Source of the DNA: Octopus vulgaris
Taxonomy: Eukaryota
NCBI GenBank assembly: GCA_951406725.2
Contig: OX597842.1
Span: forward strand, 34,348,001-34,412,000
Length of the DNA: 64,000 bases
Reading direction: 5' to 3'
Positions 55,147 to 64,000 of the stretch are shown piece by piece. The notes beneath the pieces are model-generated. The model made no database searches, was not told the DNA's origin, and saw nothing but the letters and a program-made list of their open reading frames with translations. The translations under genes were made by a program, and so were the position numbers. Every line of letters starts with the position of its first letter. Position 1 is the first letter of the stretch.

Positions 55147-55766
55147 GTTTTTATTATCAAATCATTATTGTTGTTGTTGTTGCTATTGTTGTTTGTGTAT
55201 AAAACAGTTTTTTTTAAATAAAAAAAAGGAAAACAAAGATAAACAAAGATGGCGATGACACATTGCTTCACGGATGGAAGGTGGTGGTGGCGGTGGTGGT
55301 GGTGGTGGTGGTGGTGGTGGTGGTGGTGGTTGTGGCGGTGGCGGCGGTGGTGGTGGTTGTGGTTGTGGTGGTGGTGGTGGTGGTGGTGGTGGCGGTGGTG
55401 GCGGTGGTCGTGGGTGCGGAGGCGGCGTCGGCGGTGGTGGAGGTTCACACGGTTGATTGGTTAGTTGGATGGATGCGTGGGTGGGTGGGTGGGTGGGTGG
55501 GTGGATGGTTAGGTGGGTGACAGGATGGGAGGTTGGGTAGATAGACTGAAGCACGGGTGATAGGAGCCACCTTCGGAACCACACACGCAGACATATATGT
55601 GCATATATATGTGTGTGTGCGTGTGTGTGTACGTATACATATATGCGTGTATATATTTATATTTATATATATATACATATGTATGCACATATATATATAT
55701 ACAAGTATAGATATATATATACATATGTATATACATATATATGCACACACACATATATATATATAC

Positions 55767-55800
<34 letters not shown>

Positions 55801-55829
55801 GCATAAATATATATATAATATATATATAT

Positions 55830-55890
<61 letters not shown>

Positions 55891-55905
55891 TACATGCGCA
55901 TATAC

Positions 55906-55948
<43 letters not shown>

Positions 55949-56280
55949 CACACAGGTAAGAATCCACACATATACTCGCGGACAAAGACTGGTAGACAGA
56001 TTCGGACGCACACACACACACACATATATATATATACATATATATATATATATGTGTGTGTATATATATAAATTCACACGTACATACACACACAACATCT
56101 ATAGATATGATGTATGTATATATTGTGTGTATATCAAATACACACACGTACACATACGTTTAACATAAAAAAAACAAGCACACAGACATACACACAAGTA
56201 TATATACACTCACACACATATGCATAAGATATACACACATAGATATATAGATAAAAACACACGTTTATATACACATAAAT

Positions 56281-56312
<32 letters not shown>

Positions 56313-56335
56313 GTATTTATATATGTATATATATG

Positions 56336-56403
<68 letters not shown>

Positions 56404-56568
56404 TATAGATATATATATATAAACTCATAAATGCAGGCACACGTACATACTTACACACACATACACACCCGATGACTTGTCACTTCCGAAACCGTTAAAG
56501 TAACCGAAGCTAAAGAACTTTTGCTCCATCAAATCTCCTTTCCACACAAACGTCTGTTAGTGTATATA

Positions 56569-56669
<101 letters not shown>

Positions 56670-56836
56670 TAATAATAATAGGGAGTATAATTCCAAACTT
56701 ACAGGGAAAAATTCAATTCAGCATTAAATCAAATTTCAGTGTTTTAAAAAAATATATATTATTTGTTATTTATGTATTGGCTTATGTCTATCACTGAGTT
56801 GCATAATAGTGCTCTTATCTCTAATTTATATTTTAT

Positions 56837-56909
<73 letters not shown>

Positions 56910-56914
56910 GATAT

Positions 56915-57125
56915 AGTTAATCCAAACAAGAAAGCTCAAAAAAACACAACAACGCGAGGACGTGGAACAAATATAGTATTATTGGACGCGCAGGAAAGAA
57001 AGAAAGAAAGAAGGAGGATTTAACGTTTCGAGCGGAGCTCTTCGTCGGAAAAATAGGAGAAGGAAAGATCCAGAGAAGGGAAGACAGAGGAAAAAAATCG
57101 CCAACGGTTCACACGCGGTCACATT

Positions 57126-57130
<5 letters not shown>
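56915..57130 (-). mobile_element. Family H1b element with minimal hammerhead-like motif
   Basis: Near-identical to 37355-37565; TTT-CCGACGA-A-GAGCTCCGCTC-GAAAC-GTT-AAA at 57019-57051; (TA)n on both sides. Confidence 0.75.
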
Positions 57131-57222
<92 letters not shown>

Positions 57223-57271
57223 ATATATATATAACCTTGTGATTCTATTAATTCTAATGAGAGAAATATGG

Positions 57272-57356
57272 AGTAACCTCGTATGTAGTACGCACTAGGG
57301 ATTTTGACCTTTAAATTTTGGGAAAATTTGCGGATTATACTCGAGGATTTACAGTA
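57272..57356. mobile_element. Possible degenerate Tc1/pogo-type MITE
   Basis: Right end TGCGGATTATACTCGAGGATTTACAG-TA resembles CCGTA-type TIRs and is an imperfect inverted match to GTAACCTCGTATGTAGTACGCA on the left. Confidence 0.4.
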
Positions 57357-57700
57357 ACACGATAAAAAATCTCTAGATTTTTTTTAAATAAAAAGAATGA
57401 TGGTTAAAATAAGATGCTTTTTTTTACAATCTTGAGAGCAGCCGGTTCACCGGTCAGAGTTTACACTAATATTGCAACACATAAAACGGGAACACATATA
57501 CACTTACATATACATACGAATAGACACACATGCACACACGCAGGCGCACTTATACATACACACACGAACATACATATGCAGGCAAGAAAAAAAAAGCCGT
57601 ATATACATATACATACGTATATGTATACATATATTTATATATATATATAGACAGACAGACCGGTAGATAGACAGACAGATAGGCAAATAGAAAGACAGAC

Positions 57701-57753
<53 letters not shown>

Positions 57754-57780
57754 TATAGATAGATAGATAGACAGATAGAC

Positions 57781-57895
<115 letters not shown>

Positions 57896-58120
57896 AAGAT
57901 AGATAGATAGATAGATAGGTAGATAGATAGAAAGATAGATACATAGTTAGATATCGATATATGTATGCATGTATATTTGTGAGAACGTATATAAGTATAT
58001 ATGTATGTGTATGTGTATACATGTATATATATATATATATGCATGTATATATATATGTGTGTATATATATATGTATGTATATGTATATATATATATATAA
58101 ATATATATGCATAAATATAT

Positions 58121-58503
58121 AGGCGCAGGAGTGGCTGTGTGGTAAGTAGCATGTTTACCAACCACATGGTTCTGGGTTCAGTCCCCCTGCGTGGCACCTT
58201 GGGCAAGTGTCTTCTACTATAGCCTCGGGCCGACCAAAGCCTTGTGAGTGGATTTGGTAGACGGAAACTGAATGAAGCCCGTCGTATATATGTATATATA
58301 TGTATGCCTGTGTGTGTTTGTGTGTCAGTGTTTGTCCCCCTAGCATTGCTTGACAACCGATGCTGGTGTGTTTATGTCCCCGTTACTTAGCGGTTCGGCA
58401 AAAGAGATCGATAGAATAAGTACTGGGCTTACAAAAGAATAAATCCCAGCATGGCCGCAGTCAAAAATGACTGAAAAAGTAAAAGAGCAAAAGAGCAAAG
58501 AGC
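58121..58503 (+). mobile_element. SINE family B, near full length (internal deletion before tail)
   Basis: Colinear with 32332-32738; lacks the GGGGTCGATTTG...GGCGGTGCT segment. Confidence 0.9.
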
Positions 58504-58558
58504 ATACAAATATATCTACATATATATATATGTATATGTGTATATATATATACATATC

Positions 58559-58589
<31 letters not shown>

Positions 58590-58840
58590 CCATATATACC
58601 CATATATATATATTCACACATACATTAATGTATATATATGGTATGGACAATTAGGTGGGATTCTCTGCGTTGCATATGAATATATATACATAAATATATA
58701 CACATATATACATACATAAATATATACACGCAAATATTTTCATACGCGCACATATTTATGAAAAAATTATATATTTATGAATGCATATTGATATTTACTT
58801 ACACATATATATATATAATGTATATGTGTGTGTGTGTGTG

Positions 58841-58884
<44 letters not shown>

Positions 58885-59519
58885 CATACATATATATATA
58901 CACATCTACATATACATATATACGGGTGCTAAAAGCAAAACGAACTTGCAAATATATACATATATACGTACAGTCATTCACACAAACATACGAACACAGA
59001 CACACATACATACGCACAACCGCAGACACACAGACACAGACACAGAAACACAGACAGCACGAATACACATACATCCACACACAAATGTCAGTCCTGTACT
59101 TTTCTCACACCGCATATCAACATCACGCCGCTCACACCAAATCCATACTATCACCACAACCACCACAACCACCACTACCACCACACAACCACCACTAGCA
59201 CCACCAGGCTCTATACATCCACACCATATCGATAAAATAATGAATTATATAAAACCTTAATCGAATTCTCGCGAAAGTCTTTTTAAAAATTCGCGAAATC
59301 CTTCAAGAACTTACTGACGAACGCATTCGACCGTGAAACCCGTCAGACCGCCTTCATTGTTGATCTAATATCATATGACACGGCTCATTATAAAGTTTTC
59401 GAAACAAAAAAAAATTACAATATAATATGATACGATATAATATAATATAATATAATATAATATATTATAAACAAAAATAAAATACGTAGTGTAGTAAAAT
59501 AGTATATGGCAAAAACGGA

Positions 59520-59847
59520 ATGATAATAATAATAATAATAACGGCAATGAATAATAATGATAATGATAATAATAACAACAAAAACAACAATGATGATGAC
59601 GATGATGAGGATGATGATGATGATATTATGGTGATGATGATGATGATGATGATGGCAATGATAATAATAATAATAACAACAACAAGAATGATGATGACGA
59701 TGATGATAATAGTATGGTGATGATGATGCAATAATAATGATAATAAGAAGAAGAAGAAAAAGAAGAAGAACAATAATAATAACAACAACAACAACAACAA
59801 TGATAATAATAATAATAATAATAAGAATAATAATAATAGTATTAATA

Positions 59848-59878
<31 letters not shown>

Positions 59879-60436
59879 TAGTAATAATAATACTAATAAT
59901 AATAGTAATATTAATAATAACAATTACAATAACAACAACAACAACAACAAGAACAACAACAACAACAACAATAACAATAATAAGAAGAAGAACAATAATA
60001 ACAACAACAACAACAATAAGAAGAAGAAGAAGAAGAAGAACAATAATAACAACAACAACAGCAACAATAAGAAGAAGAAGAAGAAGAAGAACAATAATAA
60101 AAACAACAATAAAAAGAAGAAGAAGAAGAAGAAGAAGAAGAACAATAATAACAACAACAACAATAAGAAGAAGAAGAAGAAGAACAATAATAACAACAAG
60201 AACAACAACAACACCAACAACAATAAGAAGAAGAAGAAGAAGAACAATAATAACAACAACAACAACAACAACAACAACAAGAAGAAGAAGAAGAAGAACA
60301 ATAATAACAGCAACAACAACAACAAAAATAAGAAGAAGAAGCAGAAGAAGAAGAACAATAATAACAACAACAACAACAATAAGAAGAAGAAGGAGAAGAA
60401 GAAGAAGAACAATAATAACAACAACAACAGCAACAA

Positions 60437-60467
<31 letters not shown>

Positions 60468-60553
60468 AAGAACAATAACAACAACAACAACAACAATAAG
60501 AAGAAGAAGGAGAAGAAGAAGAAGAACAATAATAACAACAACAACAGCAACAA

Positions 60554-60584
<31 letters not shown>

Positions 60585-60820
60585 AACAACAACAACAACA
60601 ACAACAACAATAAGAAGAAAAAGAAGAAGAAGAAGAACAATAATAACAACAACAACAACAAAAAGAAGAAGAAGAACAATAATAACAACAACAACAATAA
60701 AAAGAAGAAGAAGAAGAACAATAATAATAACAACAACAACAACAACAATAAGAAGAAGAAGAAGAAGAAGAAGAAAAAGAAGAAGAAGAACAATAAAAAC
60801 AACAACAACAACAACAACAA

Positions 60821-60851
<31 letters not shown>

Positions 60852-62378
60852 AAGAACAATAATAACAACAACAACAACAATAAGAAGCAGAAGAAGAACA
60901 ATAATAACAACAACAACAACAATAAGAAGCAGAAGAAGAAGAACTATGAAAACAACAAGAAGAAGAAGAAGAAGAAGAAGAAGTACAATTATAACAACAA
61001 CAACAACAACAATAAGTTGAAGAAGAAGTAGAAGAACAATAATAACAACAACAACAACAACAATAAGAAGAAGTAGAAGAACAATAATAACAACAACAAC
61101 AACAACAATAATAATAAGAAGAAGAACAATAATAACAACAAGAACAATAATAATAAGAAGAAGATGAACAATAATAACAACAACAACAACAATAAGAAGA
61201 AGAAGAAGAAGAACAATAATAACAACAACAACAACAACAATAAGAAGAAGAAGAAGAACAATAATAACAACAACAACAATAAGAAGAAGAAAAAAGAAGA
61301 ACAATAATAACAACAACAACAACAATAAGAAGAAGAAGGAGAAGAAGAAGAAGAACAATAATAACAACAACAACAGCAACAATAAGAAGAAGAAGAAGAA
61401 GAAGAAGAAGAACAACAACAACAACAATAAGAAGAAAAAGAAGAAGAAGAAGAACAATAATAACAACAACAACAACAATAAGAAGAAGAAGAACAATAAT
61501 AACAACAACAACAATAAAAAGAAGAAGAAGAACAATAATAATAACAACAACAACAACAATAAGAAGAAGAAGAAGAAGAAGAAGAAAAAGAAGAAGAAGA
61601 ACAATAAAAACAACAACAACAACAACAACAATAAGAAGAAGAAGAAGAAGAAGAAGAACAATAATAACAACAACAACAACAATAAGAAGCAGAAGAAGAA
61701 CAATAATAACAACAACAACAACAAAAAGAAGCAGAAGAAGAAGAACTATGAAAACAACAACAACAAGAAGAAGAAGAAGAAGAAGAAGAACAATAATAAC
61801 CACAACAACAACAACAATAAGAAGAAGAAGAAGAAGTACAATTATAACAACAACAACAACAACAATAAGTTGAAGAAGAAGTAGAAGAACAATAATAACA
61901 ACAACAACAACAACAACAACAAGTAGAAGAACAATAAGAACAACAACAACAACAACAATAATAATAAGAAGAAGAACAATAATAACAACAAGAACAATAA
62001 TAATAAGAAGAAGAAGAACAATAATAACAACAACAACAACAATAAGAAACAGAAGGAGAACAATAATAATAACAACAACAACAACAATAAGTAGAAGAAT
62101 AAGAACAATAATAACAACAACAACAATAAGAAGAAGAAAAAGAAGAACAATAATAACAACAACAACGACAAGAAGAAGAAGAAGAAGAAGAAGAATAACA
62201 AGAACAACAACAATAAGAAGAAGAAGAAGAAGAAGAACAATAATAACAGCAACAACAACAACAATAATAATAATAAGAAGAAGAAGAAGAAGAAGAACAA
62301 TAATAACAACAAGAACAATAATAACAACAACAACGACAAGAAGAAGAAGAAGAAGAAGAATAACAAAAACAACAACAA

Positions 62379-62409
<31 letters not shown>

Positions 62410-63780
62410 GAGAAGAAGAAGAACAATAATGACAACAAGAACAATAATAATAAGAAGAAGAAGAACAATAATAACAACAACAACGACAAGAAGAAGAAGA
62501 AGAAGAAGAAGAAGAAGAAGAAGAAGAATAACAAAAACAATAACAATAAGAAGAAGAAGAAGAAGAAGAAGAACAATAAGAACAACACCAACAACAACAA
62601 CAATAAGAAGAAGAAGAAGAAGAACAATAATAACAACAAGAACAATAATAATAAGAAGAAGAACAACAACAACAACAACAACAACAACAATAAGAAGAAG
62701 AAGAAGAAGAACAATAATAACAACAACAACAACAACAATAAGAAGAAGAATAAGAACAATAATAACAACAACAACGACAAGAAGAAGAAGAAGAAGAAGA
62801 AGAATAACAAAAACAACAACAATAAGAAGAAGAAAAAGAAGAAGAAGAAGAACAACAACAATAATAACAACAACAACAACAAGAAGAAGAAGAAGAAGAA
62901 GAAGAAGAAGAAGAAGAATAACAACTACAACAACAATAAGAAGAAGAATAAGAAGAAAAAGAACAATAATAACAACAACAACAACAACAACTACAAGAAG
63001 AAGAACAATAATAACAACAACAACAACAACGACAACAACAAGCAGAAGAAGAAGAACAATAATAACAACAACCTCAACAACAATAAGAAAAAGTACAATA
63101 ATAACAACAACAAGAACAAGAAGAATAAGAAGAAGAAGAAGAAGATGAACAACAACAACAACAATAATAACAACAACAACAACAATAAGAAGGAGAAGAA
63201 GGAGAAGAAGAACAATAATAACAACAACAACAACAATAAGAAGAAGAAGAACAACAACAACAACAACAATAATAACAACAACAACAACAATAAGAAGAAG
63301 AAGAAGAAGAAGAAGAACAACAACAACAACAACAACAACAAGAAGAAGAAGAAGAACAATAATAACAACAACAACAACAACAACAACAAGAACAGTAATA
63401 ACAACACCAACAACAACAATAAGAAGAAGAACAACAATAATAACAACAACAACAACAACAACAAGAACAACAACAATATTAACAACAACAACAACAATAA
63501 GAAGAAGAAGAAGAAGAAGAACCAACAACAACAATAAGAAGAAGAACAACAATAATAACAACAACAACAACAACAACAAGAACAACAACAATAATAACAA
63601 CATCAACAACAACAATATGAAGCAGAAGAAGAAGAACTATAATAACAACAACAACAACAACAATAAGAAGAAGAAGGAGTAGAAGAAGAAGAACAATAAT
63701 AAAAACAACTACAACAATAAAAAGCAGAAGAAGAAGAAGAAGAAGAAGAAGAAGAACAATAACAACAACAACAACAACAA

Positions 63781-63811
<31 letters not shown>

Positions 63812-64000
63812 AAGAACATTAATAATGACAACAACAACAACAATAAGAAGAAGAAGAAGAACATTAATAACAACAACAACAACAACAATAAGAAGAAGAA
63901 GAAGAACATTAATAACAACAACAACAACAACAACAATAAGAAAAAGAAGAAGAACAATAATAACAACAACAACAACAATAAGAAGCAGAAGAAGAAGAAC
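59520..64000. repeat. >4.4-kb compound (AAG)n/(AAC)n/(AAT)n satellite with higher-order structure, runs off the window end
   Basis: Basic unit (AAG)n AAC AAT AAT (AAC)m AAT; rare variants AAGTACAATTATAAC (60981, 61834) and AATAAGTTGAAG (61011, 61864) recur 853 bp apart. Confidence 0.95.

Noticed and set aside
59415-63978. Very long ORFs (1234, 769, 427 aa) of poly-L/V/I/R/T
   Set aside because: Stop-free frames of the AAN triplet satellite; no domain or compositional complexity.

Overview
Animal genomic DNA with no recognisable host protein-coding exon. The SINE families and extreme microsatellite load suggest a cephalopod, probably Octopus (inference). Roughly half the window is simple or compound microsatellite, which explains almost all long ORFs in the track. 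The rest is: (i) four tRNA-derived SINE families, some nested with clear target-site duplications; (ii) decayed non-LTR retrotransposon fragments (Tx1/L1-type in (TATC)n and next to (TTC)n, RTE-type, CR1-type, one RLE-type) and a mariner transposase pseudogene; (iii) several families of short non-coding elements in (TA)n tracts carrying type I hammerhead ribozyme motifs; (iv) a 115-bp-arm foldback, a GC-rich foreign-looking insert with a duplicated exon-like unit inside a SINE, and small CpG-rich unique islands with CTCF/YY1/E-box/homeodomain-like motifs. The hammerhead set is the most notable signal: two motifs have an intact consensus core (19825-19871 +, 49359-49449 -), two are near-intact with long stem II, and seven are minimal variants, three of them in head-to-tail tandem. 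This resembles Penelope-like pseudo-LTRs or retrozymes. All calls are by eye; no database search or folding computation was run.
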